Of a DNA stretch of 64,000 nucleotides, positions 1 to 13,000 are shown piece by piece. The position numbers and the translations under genes are program-made. Positions within the stretch are counted from its first letter, which is position 1; every line of letters begins with the position of its first letter. The stretch covers positions 310,001 to 374,000 of the forward strand of contig JAYWIR010000034.1 in NCBI GenBank assembly GCA_036172245.1, in the 5' to 3' direction. The notes beneath the pieces are model-generated. The model ran no database searches, was not told the DNA's origin, and saw only the letters and a list, made by a program, of their open reading frames with translations. The DNA comes from Raillietiella orientalis (taxonomy: Eukaryota).

Positions 1-3000
1 AGGGCGAAACTCATAAGGACAGTAAGGTGCTGCTTTCAGCCTTAATAGTTGTCACAGATGTCCGGAGGTACTCCACATTCGGCCATTCATAAAAAGCTGT
101 TGAAAGTACTGAAGGATCAACTGCGTGATTTCTCAAAAGGGAGAAACTGAATAGAAACACTTCCCGGATGCATTACCGCTGAGACACTTGATCGCAGTAT
201 GGACTCTTTAAAAGCTTGATGTCAAAGTCCTTTCATTTAGTCCTTGCACAAATGGCTGCTGATGAATTGTATCACTGATTCAGCAGTCTCGATACCTCCA
301 AGAAAATCTTTGCTTCTTCCATATTCATCATCTCATGCATGCTGATGAGCTGTTTGAGGGTTCTTGTAGAAAACCGTCTCAAAAGGAATTATGGAATGTT
401 CAAAAACTGCTACGGAAGCTTTCAGTGTTGTCTATTCAAAAAAATCAGCAAGCAAAGTAAATCCGGGCTCGAATTCCTCTTTTAAGCACCGAAGCACAAG
501 CTCAAGAGAGCAGCTATAGCTATTAAGTAGCCATTTGGAGAGCTGATAATGGACTGCTGGACACTAGCACAAGGATTCTATTTCCGAAACCATAAGCTGA
601 TACCCAGTGATAGCTTAACGAAAGATCAGACGGTGCGAGGACGAATTATCAGCTGAAACGAGTACGAGCTGTCTGTGTTGGGAAGGCATTTCCATCTCCA
701 GTACTTGGAAACCAGAAGAAGAGAAAATATCGGCCATTCGCTTGTTTTGGACGTGGTGACCAGTCCTAGTTTCATTGCGATCGTGATGTGTGAGCTAGGC
801 TGGTCTAGAGAAATAGGATCATTCGAACCGAAGGAGGTAGGAAGAATTTCCAAGAGAGGTTGGTATCCAAATTTTGACTGTCAGAACCTAAAGAGCGGGC
901 ATCCTATGCTAATCGCGAAGGAGTCCAAGAGCAGACACGATTACGCTTTGCGGTGGAGAGCGACTCTGCAAAATCTGCCTCATGCCATTGCAGTACAGAG
1001 ATCTACCAAACTCAGTTTGACAGTGAGTTGCATTCTAACTTTTGCCTAACCCCCGCACTTTTTTTTACTGCAAAACCAACCTAAAGCTACATTGCTTTTT
1101 GGTTACCCACTTTCCTGACTTACGCTCTTACTTTCTAAGAAGTCGGAGTGAAAGTGATTTTTGTTAAGGTTCTGGTTTCAAAACATGGAAGCTTTCCATT
1201 TGAAAATTCGCATTTGAGAATCCTCGATTTGATCTCTGCCTTTGTTCAATCTGCGCCGTCGTAATTGATCTCGCCAGCCACGAGGCTAAGAAGATTCCAT
1301 CAAATCAGGTTTCATGCAATCGGTCTCTCATAAGATGGGAATTCTCATGATTCGGATTTCCAAACGCCATGTTGGGAAATTTCATGGTTTCTGCGAGATC
1401 CAAAAGCAAGCCTCTACGATTGCCTCTGAATATACAAATACATTCGGGTGATAAGGAGAATGCTAGAACATGGCAACGTACTCTCTCTTGAGTTTAAACA
1501 CCTTCGGTGTGAAGGCTGTTTGCTCGAATTATTCAGTACCACTCCTGAAAATCTTACCCCAAACAAGCGAGTTCGAGGGTGCGTGTGCAGCTTATGGATT
1601 TCTTTAGGTTTCTCTCAGAAGAAAGAAAATGGATTCCTCAGTTGATCCACACGCTTACATGATGAAGCAGCAACTCACTCGTTTGTGACATGTGGATGAG
1701 GTGCTAGTAAATTCTGGGAATGTTCTGGAATGAGTTTTAGCAGCACACTGCTTGATTTCCTCCAAGAACTAGTCCTTACACAAAGATAGGAATCTTGGAC
1801 AGCTGCAAAGAGAATCCGACGCTGAAAGAAGGCAGCGTGGTCGGGTGAAAGTTCACCACCAAGGTGCCCTGTATCAAAGGGCTCCTGAAAAAGATGCCTG
1901 TCCATTGACAATCTGTGAAGCTCAAGTAAAGGAGGAAAAGTGGGAAACGTACTTGTTGCATGGACGTGGAACACTTTTCCTGTGTTTCCTGAAAAATGTT
2001 TTCTTTTCTCCCGGACTATAAGCAAACAAGGCTAATGTTTTCCGGAAAGCTCTCAGAGGCATTCCCTTAGAAGAAGCTTCCACCTCCTGATAGTGATACA
2101 GATATTTTGCATTCCTCTGACTCTTCTGATTAACTTTCCAAGTCATGGGCTCTGTAAAGGCCCTTTCGTAATTCAGATTGATGGAAGCATCGTGTAAAAG
2201 GTGTTCAGGCAACCAAAGAAGCGATTGAAATGATGCTCAAACGGAAGGATCAACGAACATTGATAATGCACCCACGTGTAACGGACTGCACGGATAGTCT
2301 CGGAGAGTTGTCCTGAGAATGCAGAGGCTATGAATCTATGGATACGCTCACTGAAATCTGATCGAGATGCTATGGCGCAAATATACCAAAACCTTCAAAG
2401 TAGCCAAAACACACAAAAAACGCAACACTTGCAAGTCTGACATCCCCAGAAATACAAATAAAGCTGTCATTGGAACTGGAGAACAACCCGCTATAGGCTG
2501 ATGACTTGGAATCACAAATGCCATAAGAAGTGATTCCGATGGCAGATGGGAATCCAAGTGCACGGACACCGCACACAGTTTTTGAGATTCTGACCATTTT
2601 TTGCAAAGTCGAGGAGTTTCGTGGAAAGGAAATGTTTGGAGGAACCCAGCTGCCAGGAGCGATTCATCCCCGATCAAAGGAGTGAACGTGAATCCACAGG
2701 ATGCCGTAAATGTCAGGTGACCCTCGATGCTGGTCACAACATAGGGAAAAGGCTTTCTCGAAAGTACACACGTATTTTCTTCTCCATGACGAAACTTGCT
2801 CAGAGATCTGAACTTAGCATCGTTGCATGATCAAACACATTTCCACTGCAGATGCTTACAGCAGCCCCATTGATTGAAAAGGAGAAACAGAATTTCAATA
2901 TCGGGCATTATCTCATAACGTATGCGTGCAGTTACTCATGCAGTTTCATTCACATTTTCGAATTACATAGCTCTCGTTCGAAATATAGCTGTACACTGAG

Positions 3001-3954
3001 TTTCCTTGAATCTTCTCATCTAAACATTTCCTGACTTCACATCAGAAGAGAAGGGGAAGAGGGAGGAGAAACGCAATGAATTCGGAAAACACATCATCTT
3101 TCGGTGCGTCTCGAAAAGTTTTCAAAGAACGGAATGCCTGCATCAGCTTGGATTTCATAACCACATGCAAGTAATGTACCCTCTACTGCTGTTCTCAATG
3201 CATTAATCCCTTCATCGAGACCAAAACGGAGAGGAACATGAGATGCGAGGACGCTTTCTTCCTATTTAAATATTTATTGGAAGAAATGCAGCCCATTTTA
3301 TTATTTTGGACGCTCCATCGTGTAATCTTTTTTACTACAGGGGAACACATGAGAAGGAGAGAAGATGAAAAAGTGAGAAGAAAATGCTGTCTTCACTATC
3401 ATCTTCAAGATTAAAGAAAAAAGAATAATTACAAAAATTAATACTCGTGGAGTTTTAAAAGTGATTGCCACAACACTCGCTTTATGTTTCACCTCGACTC
3501 GATGACTGCCTCATTATACGATGGGATTCAAGGCCGATTCCTCCAAGCAACTGACCTAAACGCAATAGATTCTTTGTGAGAGATGTCCATCCCTGGAAGA
3601 CCAAGCAGAGAAACAGTCTCTCTACATAGAGCGACAGTGTTTCTCTACAAGTCTCTAGGACTCTTCGTTGAAGTCTTTATCTCCGATAAGTACTAACCAA
3701 GACGATCGCATGCTGATTTCGGATAGATGACTCGAATTCATTTACATCGGCAGGAGTCCTCGAGACGAAATCTTTCTTTTCTACAGTCCCAAGTTTCCTG
3801 GATTCCGGACATCCTCCTCCCGAGTGATATCACGAGGCACACTATCGATCTCTCCAGAAGAGAGGGGAAGGTTCAGAAAGGGGACTTCTAGAAAATTTCG
3901 TAGAAATGCTTCCAACAAATTTCTCCTCAGAGAGCAAAGAATATTACAGAAAAC

Positions 3955-4090
3955 GGACGTGGGCATCTGGGCTGGGAGCTCATGGGCTGGAGAGGTGAAC
4001 TCGAGAGTTCAGAAGTCGCTGAGGATTTTCCTTGCGCTTACCTAATTCACCTCTCCAGCCCATGAGCTCCCAGCCCAGATGCCCACGTCC
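3955..4090. repeat. Perfect inverted repeat: 45-bp arms, 46-nt spacer
   Basis: 3955-3999 (ggacgtgggcatctgggctgggagctcatgggctggagaggtgaa) is the exact reverse complement of 4046-4090. Confidence 0.97.
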
Positions 4091-7000
4091 ATCTGAGTTT
4101 CATTCGATGTGATTTACTCGGAGACTTCACAGCTTCGCCTCGCTATTCGGACAGCTTTGAATTCGTGGAAAAGTGGGAATAGGTTCTCTGCACCATCATC
4201 CGAAGTATTCGTCTGCGACTCAAAATTCTTTAGTTTTTCCATCACGTGGAAATCGTTCCCTTCTTTCTGGAATAGTGATTTTTAGGAATGCACTTCGAAG
4301 GATCGGAGACAGCCTGGAACACTGCAGTGGGAATGGACATAACCTTGCGTTGGAACACTTGAAGAGGATTGCAAAGCTGTCTTTGAATATTTCCTTCCCC
4401 TCCTTTCCCCCTCCCTTGAAAAAAAGACCTCGATAATCATCAGCAGGGCAAGTTAGAAGAGTTTCTGATACAGTGGGAATTCTTTGTGAGGCCTTTAAGC
4501 CATGAGATAAGGGAGAACGTTGAGCAGCAGCAGATGTTTGAACAGGATGCTCATGATGGATAGGGTGAGAAGTCCCTTGGTTCCATGCAGAATCCCTGAA
4601 CTGTGGAAAGGGGTATCTAGCTCGTAGTGAACTGGTAACTGCTGTTGCAGTTCCGATGCTTTGTTACCACTACTTTGACTATAGGAGAATCGTTGCTCCC
4701 AAGAGGAATTATGTCTTCTCTGTAAAACAGGTTCAAAGGCATTCTGTCGCCTATGCAATCAGCATTTCTCCAGTTCATCCTTTGAAGAATTTTTCTGCTG
4801 TATTCAGTCACCAGTTCATCTATTCTAACAAAAGAAGTCCTTCTTCATCTCGAAATGGCCCATCCTAGTGATGGCCTTCCAGAGGACGCCTGCAACCCAT
4901 CAACTGGAGTGCTTTATCCGCCGTTTGAGCGTCTACTTGATTCCAGACAGCAGCATCTCCTTTTCATCTCTCTCATTTCCATTCTCTTTGCATGTGCTTC
5001 ATCGCCACTTGATTTTGCATGTTCTCAGGATGCCAATCCTAAGAAGGGTTCTCCACGGAATAGAAGTCGTATCGCCTAGACTGGAGCTAAGATGGCCGTT
5101 GCTTTTATCATATTAATAGTAGTAGCCCCACATCGAATCTCGGAGATGTGGTCCGAAAACCGTCTCAGAGAACAGATTATGATTAACAGTTCCAAAGAGG
5201 TGAGAGAACAGATTTCATTTTCTCAAATGCCTCTACGTATGTTTCTCGCCACTCATTATTATCATTATCATTCATTGGTGCCTCCTTTCCTCCCTTTCGT
5301 GAATCGCCTGCTTATCTTTCAGAGACCAGAAAGTTGTTTCAAGGTTCACAAGGGGGAAAAGGAGGTTGCGAAAACGAACATAACCAGGTTTCTTTGATGG
5401 AGTGGTGCGGAATCTCGCGAGGATAAAGAATACTGAGCACTGCTTTTCTGAAAAACGATTTGGGTGGAGTGATGACCCCAAGTTGCGGAACAAGTCTTGG
5501 TCTCTGCGAATCAAAACAAGAGAGGGGAATAGACTGTGGCGGCTGTGGATCATCTGACACAAGATGTGCCATCTTGCCAGGGAGACAAAGGTGGTCCCGA
5601 ACTGCTCATCAGGAAAGTTTTTCTTCTGAAATGTCACTAATCAGCAGCATCTGAGGGATGCCTTCTGTTGTCTTGTATACGCAGCAATCATCACAGCGTG
5701 GCTTGTGCAGCCCAACCTCTTCAGTTGAGCTTCTGGTCCTGAGACGACTGATTTGACTTATCAGAGAGTCAACTCTGGCTGCTGGATCAGCAATGTACCG
5801 CTGCGTCTTTTCTATCGGTATGCTAGAACAGAATCCCGGCAAAAAAGGAAATTCCAATGGAAATGAAAAGATGAAAAGCAGTTTGACGTAGAGCTCGTCT
5901 TCCAGGTTTGGTAGCAGCGAGATGCCAGGTAGACAGCACGTAAGGAATGTGGTAACGTGATGGCCGGAGGTATTTCGAGTACAAAATTTCGAGACTAAGC
6001 AACGGATCCTGAATGTAAACAAAGACCAGTGACCATTGCCGGATCAAGCAGATAAACAGATTTTTCCTTCTATTGCTCGTAGATTAGCGACAGTTATTAG
6101 AGATGTTACTTTCTCCATGATCTTTCGCTACATACGTGTTTACGTGTTTGCAAACATATACGTGCCTACACGGATACGGTAACCTTAGAAATGAGCAATA
6201 ATTGTTCACGAGCTTCCCTAGTGAAAAAAACTGTCCAGCATCTCTGTCTCAAGTTGTATAGCTTCCACAGGAACGATCTTCCGGACTTGTCTCGCGCAAA
6301 AAATGTTATATGGCTTGAAAGTGAGCGCAAATTTTTTAGTTCTCATATCTTGGTTATTTACTTTTGTTTACATAGTTCCCGAAGGGTCGCTATGTATGAT
6401 TTATATTTTCATCTTTGATAAGTTACAAACTGGCTCCGAAAACACAAAGTCTTCTGTACTTATTCAGTCTATTGCTTTTGAACGGGTGAAAAAGTCTTCT
6501 GGAAGTCTTGTGCTGATGATGCTTGGTTAGTGCACAAACTTTGCACATCCTTCTCCATCCGCTGCAGGGCACTTCGAACTTTTGCCAATTCCATTTCTTA
6601 AACTCGACTCGCCTGACCATTTGCTATTTCATTCTCCGGCTTTCTCAAAGACTATTGCAGTCCGGGCCAAAACCTCAGTTCAATGAAGGCTTTTTCACCC
6701 TCAGAGTCGGATGCTGTAATTTCGGTTTGGGACGTCAAAGAAGTCTCGATTCCGTCCTCTTGTGTTCCGCAATTTCCTCGCAGGTGTAATTCCCAGAGAG
6801 CCGCCGTTTTTTCCAGGATACCAGTGACTATTCCAAACAAGCCATTGGTGCCGTCGAGTGCACTGTAGGGCTAAATTAACTGTAGTGACTGTCGAGGCTC
6901 ACAATGTAATTGGAGTTTGTCGGTTTTCAACCTCTCTAGATGGCCAAGAACGTCCGTCGTTCCAGAAATCGGGATTGCTCAAAGATGCAACGTTCGGAGT

Positions 7001-10000
7001 CTATGGACGTCATTTTAATTTCATTCGTTCCGAGTGCTATTCATCCCTCTAAAAATGGCAAGGGCAATTAGAATAAGATGTTTTTGTCCCTTAAATTCTC
7101 GTGTTTCCCCCGTATGGGCACGGGGCTCTCCCAGTGCTGCTGGCATTTCATCGAAGTTTGTGAACTCCCAAGACAGCGTTTCCCTTCCACGGAACATTGG
7201 CGTTCCGCGGAAAGTCAATTCCGTGAAAAGTTCATATAGAAAAGAAAGCAACGCGTTTGAAACTCCTCACTTTGCGTGTCAGCAGCTTCACTCACATTGC
7301 GTACCTGATGTGAAAGCAATCTGTAATTCAAAGACCCGGAAACATCCAAGTCATTAAGAACGTAACTTCTCTCCATACGCCCTAGTTTATTTTACCATTT
7401 TCATGTGTTTTGTTTCAAATAATTAAAATTTGAGGATATAAGTGTTTGTTTTGTTTTCCTAGCTCTCAAACTTACCTGCTTCATTTATTTATTACCAATA
7501 TCTATGCCTACCCTATAAGGCAAACCAAAGTATTCATTCCGATTTGGAATCTTAGGAAGGGGCCATGGGAAACGTTGGGGGAAACACGAGCTGCTCCAAG
7601 GAATGTGAGCGACACAGCTTGCGGGCTGACTGCCTCCACGTGGCCATGGTGATGACATCGTGCAAATTATTACTGGCTAAGTGGAAGGATGCCGTGGAAA
7701 ACACTAAGTGAGTGCGATCTGCCATAGCTTCGTTCTTCGACTGCGCCGTGTGTTCCAATCATTTGGAGATCAAAGTTATCATCTCGGATGATGTTTGGAA
7801 TGTATTCTCCTGCTAAGTGCCGGAGCGAATTGGCTGATTAGGAATTTCGGAGCACGCCTGAGGAAACGAACGCTGGAGCAATTGAATGGAGAAGAAGGCC
7901 TTTAGACGGCGCCGATACGGAGCCAAACGCTGTTGACAACGCGGTGACATTTCAACCCCTTCTCAGCGATTTGTGCTGCTTCGATTTGGGCGATCCTGCT
8001 TCTTGCTGCCGAAAATTTCCGCAAACTTTCGGAAGACGACCAAGGTCACTAATTCTACGAAGATGCAATTTAAATTCCAGAGAGATCCGCACCTTTAAGC
8101 GGATTCACCCGCGTCTTCACGAACGCCCTGTGCGTTGCGGAATCTGCTGGTGAATCGAATCACAGCTCCGAACCGTTTATTGGCGCCCGAAATCACCGTT
8201 TATTGGCGTTCTCTTGATAAGCAAAGTGAGCACGCAATTTCGAGAGTTTTTTCTATGCGTGATGCTCTTTTCAACTCGCATGTTTCCCATCATTCGGGAT
8301 TTTTTTTGTTTTTTTTTTTTGCTATTTTCAACTATCAGAACGAGCGGATCCTGTGCGGAAAGCACGCTGTTCCCGGATCGTTCCCCGGTGCAATCGAACG
8401 CACGAACGTCGGGAAAAAAAATCAAACTCCGACTGCAAACAGGAAATCCGATGACAGTTGCTACAAAAAATCCGCAGCTTGCAAGCATGTGAATAATCAC
8501 ACACGATTATACATGCGCGAATGGCATGGCGAACGCCAACCAGGAACTTGCTGGCAGGCGTCACGGCTGTTTTCCTGTAATAGCCATGAGAATTCCTGCA
8601 TTCCGTTTTTTCACCAGTTACTTGATGTTTGCCTGCCCCGAAGTTGCCTTCGAAATGCCAGGTCTCCTGGGCTGAGAAGCAAGAACCTTCTGGAACGCGA
8701 CAGTCCATTACTGCGCGAATGATGGTGATGATGCTAATAACAACATATAGCAGTAGTAGAAGCAAAAGCAGAATGGAACCCTCTAAGACTGGAAGGCACT
8801 TCGGAATGGAAACAGAATCTCTGAGCTGATTCGTCAAATGCCATGGAATTTGAGAGTGTTTGGGAGTGAGTCCGTGTTTGTTTCAAAACATCATTGCCAT
8901 CTGAGTTGTGTGGGTAAACCTTTTCGGAATGAGTCACGTGCGTCCCGTCGATCTTACATAGGGGTATTGGTATCCGAGAATTCATAAACGACCGTGTGGA
9001 CAGTGTTATTACTGGATAATCCATCAGTAGTAGGAAGCAAGGGATGCCTTTTTATTTACGACCTTCCAGGCAAGAATGAAACGGCAAGCGGGATGTGTGC
9101 GCGTCCTTCTCGATGCTCTGGACCGCACTTTCTCTATTAAAGGGCTAGAGGATCAAGGTGCAAGATGCGATGACTCCGTTAGAAAAAGAGATCTCCGGAA
9201 ACAGATGTATGAAATTTCGGGGAACGACTTGGAAATTCCATCGATACGTACTGTTCTTGCATTTTTCTAGACGCACCGGGCGTTCCGTGACAGAATGCTC
9301 TTCTTCCCTGTTTCAAACATCGTTCCGCGAGATTGGCATCAGCACGCTTCTCAGAGTCCTTTAGACATACGGCCAAAACTTATTTTTCCTCATCCTCTCG
9401 GTCTGGATCCGGCCGCGAGAAGCGTTTGCGGCAAAGAGAGTGAAAAAAAGCAAAACCTCTCGTTAAGAATCGTCATTGATTGGTGGATCACTGGCTCTAC
9501 ACGGTACACTGTGTCGCAGGCTGGTCAAGTTTGGATTACGCTACTCGGAATGCAGCGGGTCGTATTTCACTACGTCCCGTGAAATCGTCAGTCTGTGGCA
9601 GGTTCTGCCCGAGGCGGTATACGGTGAATGATGCACTGTTTATGAGGAAACAGCTTTGAAGATTTCCATCTTCCCCTGATATTTCGAAGGGAAGCTTGAT
9701 GAGGGTGCCAGGAATCCGTCGAACTTGTGGCGAGTACTTGAAACGAAATGGAACTTTGAATTCTCATTTGATGCTTCGAACCTTCTCCATCCAAAGATGC
9801 TTGCAACCTCATCCATTCGCTTCGCAAATAAGCGCTGTAGGTGTTTAAGGAACATTGCTCAGGAAGCGAAACAGCCCTACAACAAACATTTGTTCACACG
9901 GTGAAGTAATTTGTGCAAGATTTCACCATCGAATAATTATTCCTCATGGAGTCTTCTGTATGGTCGAGAAGGATGATGGAACCGATCTTCGATATTCGAT

Positions 10001-13000
10001 CCGTAGTTTTCAAGGATTTCCTTTTTTTTTTTTTTTTTTTTCAACGATAAAAAACGAAGGAGATGTGTGCATGATAGGAGGGCTTCTAAGAAAAACGCCC
10101 GACTCCCCATACTTTTGAAGCAAAAACTGATTGGAAATGAAAGGCTCTCAGGAGATGCAAAGAGCTGGAAGAACCAAACCCAGTAAGAAGCTTGACAGCA
10201 TCTCATTTAAGCATCACTCAATTAGACCTTTTTCTTCTAAATTAACAGGTTCGGATGTGAGTAAAACATGAAAGCAAGCAATTCTAGGGTATTTTCTTCA
10301 GCAAGCATTACCTAGAATGCAGTCCAGGATTAATAATGGGACTCCACGATAATTCCCGGAAGAATATCGCGAAGTAAAGAGGGTTCAGTGCCTTAGTTCC
10401 CGAGTTGCAAGAAGGCATTAGCAGCCTATGAAATATAATTCCTTAACGCTATATTTTCTCTGATTCTACGTAGATGAGAAGAAAAGAGTTAACTTTTCGG
10501 ATAAAAGGGATCATGTTCCAAAGCGTAAAACATCTTGAGCGGAAAAATCTTAAAGATGAGAAGTACTTAAAACAGGCATTCTTTCGGAAATTTGCAATTT
10601 TTGTCTAAGGACAAACGGTACTATTGTGGTATTAATAATCCATGAACCAAGACAAAACCTTCATTTGATAAAGGCTGGACCAGAAGCATGCCTATCAAAT
10701 GCAGGTTTTGTTTCCAAATCTCCTTATCAAAATTTGATACGGAAATTTGGAAGAGGTGAGTAAAGTTTAACTAGATCGCAAACATTTAAGTAGGACAGAC
10801 CAAAAAAGGCACACCTTTCCTATGAGAAGAGCGTTCAATGATTTTAAGTTATCTGGAGATCAAATTAATTTGCATCCGCACGTACTTCTAGTACTGGATG
10901 TGTGGGGGTAATGTTAAAACACAAGAAGGTATCTCTGTGAAATTTTGTCTAAAAGAAACTTTGGGGAGCGCAATGTAACGTCACAGCTGCTGAAGCTGGT
11001 AATCACCATTCCAAGATATTCTCCATCTAATAATTTCAAGAGAATCTTGAAGAAAAGCCAAAAGCGTTTCAACAGTTGCAACTCCCGTACTGAAGTGCAG
11101 GGCATACATGGCTATGACCAGATCATTTGTAATTCTGTCTTCTACCTTTTAGAAAGAGAAGATTGCAGGTGAGACTGATTTTAAGAAACTGAAGACGGTA
11201 GATCCCCAGAAATAAAACCAACGCGAGTAGAAATATCTTTATCTGAAGTTGCTGAATTCTCACACTCAGGCCAAAGGGGTCATTTTGACGAGCAAACCAA
11301 AGACAGAAAAACATCCATTCTTGGTTTTCAGTCATCCCAAGAGATATTCACCTAAAATGTCCAGCTGTTTGGTTTCCTTTGAAAACATGAGCAGCATCGA
11401 TTTGCCATTCACAAGAATTCATAACACTCCCAGAGGTTTACTATGCGTTGTCACAACACAGTGATCCATGCACACGCTTTCCTGAATGACAGGAGCAACT
11501 TCATTTATCTTTGAATTGAAAAACACTGTTTTTAGGGATAGACAATGTTGACTAAGAAGTCTGAACTAGTCGTCGAGTCTTCGTCTCTTGATGTGCCACA
11601 GATGAGTTTTTGTACAGGTGAATTTTTGCTCCATTTGACACTCAACGGACAAAAGAAGAAGGTGGTACAGACATCAGAGACGTTGCAAAAGAATTTTCCG
11701 ATCATGAAATCAGTTTCCATCCTCAAGAGTTGGAAACCAATCTTCTCTGTATAAAAATTGCTACTAGCACCTATATCTTAATTAGAAAGAGAATAACCAG
11801 TGATTCGTAATGTTGCTTTTAGCTGTAACCATCTTCACCTTTCTGAGACTATTGATACATGAAGAGCTGCTCTTTTACTGACGGTCCCATTTCAACAAGT
11901 AAGTAGTAATCCTTTCCCATTGCATGAATAACTAAAAAGCAGTTTTTTTTTTCATTTGTGGTTGCTATCGATGCAAAAAGCATCTAGTTATTCTATTTCC
12001 TCTAAGGATTTTCTTGATGAATGTTCAAGTCAGCTCTAGTATACCGGGTTGTAGGAATTAATGGTTCCGTACAGTATTGATGAGCATCTCCAGAGGCCAC
12101 AACGATCAGCAAGCCTTCGCCGTCGCGTGCCAGTGCTGTTAGACTGAATAATATTAAAAAAATTGACCACCCCCCCTACAACTGCGAAGAAATAGCGAAG
12201 TATTGCAAGCCGTGTTTATCTCTCATCCTCGTCTTCAAATCACCAAAGAAAAAGGTGATGAGGCTATACTTAACAGAAGAGCAACTTCCTCCTGTGGCTG
12301 TTAGAACACGAAGCGATCTGGAATTGGAAAAATGTCAAATGCACCATTAGAATCTGGTGACACTTCCCTTGAAACAACTGACAACGTGACAGAACGCCTG
12401 AAACCGAATACTTGTTGGTAGAGGCAGGCTGCACCGTGTTGAGACCTGGAAGCTGGGAGGGCACTACGCGATTCAACTCATGTTCTGCTAAGCAATGCTC
12501 CCAATGCCAATCTTTCGAAGCCAATGTTAGGAGGCAGTCCGTGACACGCAGTTTCGACTTTCTGTCATGCTGGAAACAGATAGCGAATGTGTTTGCCTGC
12601 TAACGGAGTCCTTTCAACGCTTCAGATTTCCTAGCATCCAGGCATCATCGATCTTCACTCATACTTTGCTTGGTCCCACTGAGATACCTAAGGAACTCGG
12701 ATCGTAATCACAGAAATATCGTATTGGGGAGAGCTAAGCTTCTGCTTTCCTGCCTGCTCTTGAAGATGCAATTCGAAGATTCAAAGATATACCTACTTTT
12801 GGTTACAGAGTGCCGTCTAGACTGATGCACGCTTCCTGCTTTTGGTGAATTGCTCCTTCGCTTGCACGCAAAATTCCTGTTTGAAAAGCTGGAAAGTTCC
12901 GGTGATGATCCCTACTCTTCCGTTCGTGAGAGAAGGTTCTCTCGAGATTGAGAATTCATTTTCTATGTGGGCTCCCTCAGTAGAAGAGAAATCTCCATGG

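Noticed and set aside
10022..10041. Long poly(T)/poly(A) runs here and elsewhere (e.g. 24241, 29388, 33357, 40784) as retroposon tails
   Set aside because: No adjacent repeat body or target-site duplication was identified; these are ordinary homopolymers.
12040..12182. Mariner/MITE-like end (tataccgggttgtagg ... cctacaac)
   Set aside because: Only an 8-bp inverted match was found, with no matching second terminus; this is within chance expectation.
5600..12530. Scattered minus-strand exon-like segments (~5720-5823, ~6699-6863, ~8600-8733, ~12405-12486) as a second gene or further KHDRBS exons
   Set aside because: They could not be chained with consistent phases, several frames are equally open, and no homology was recognised.
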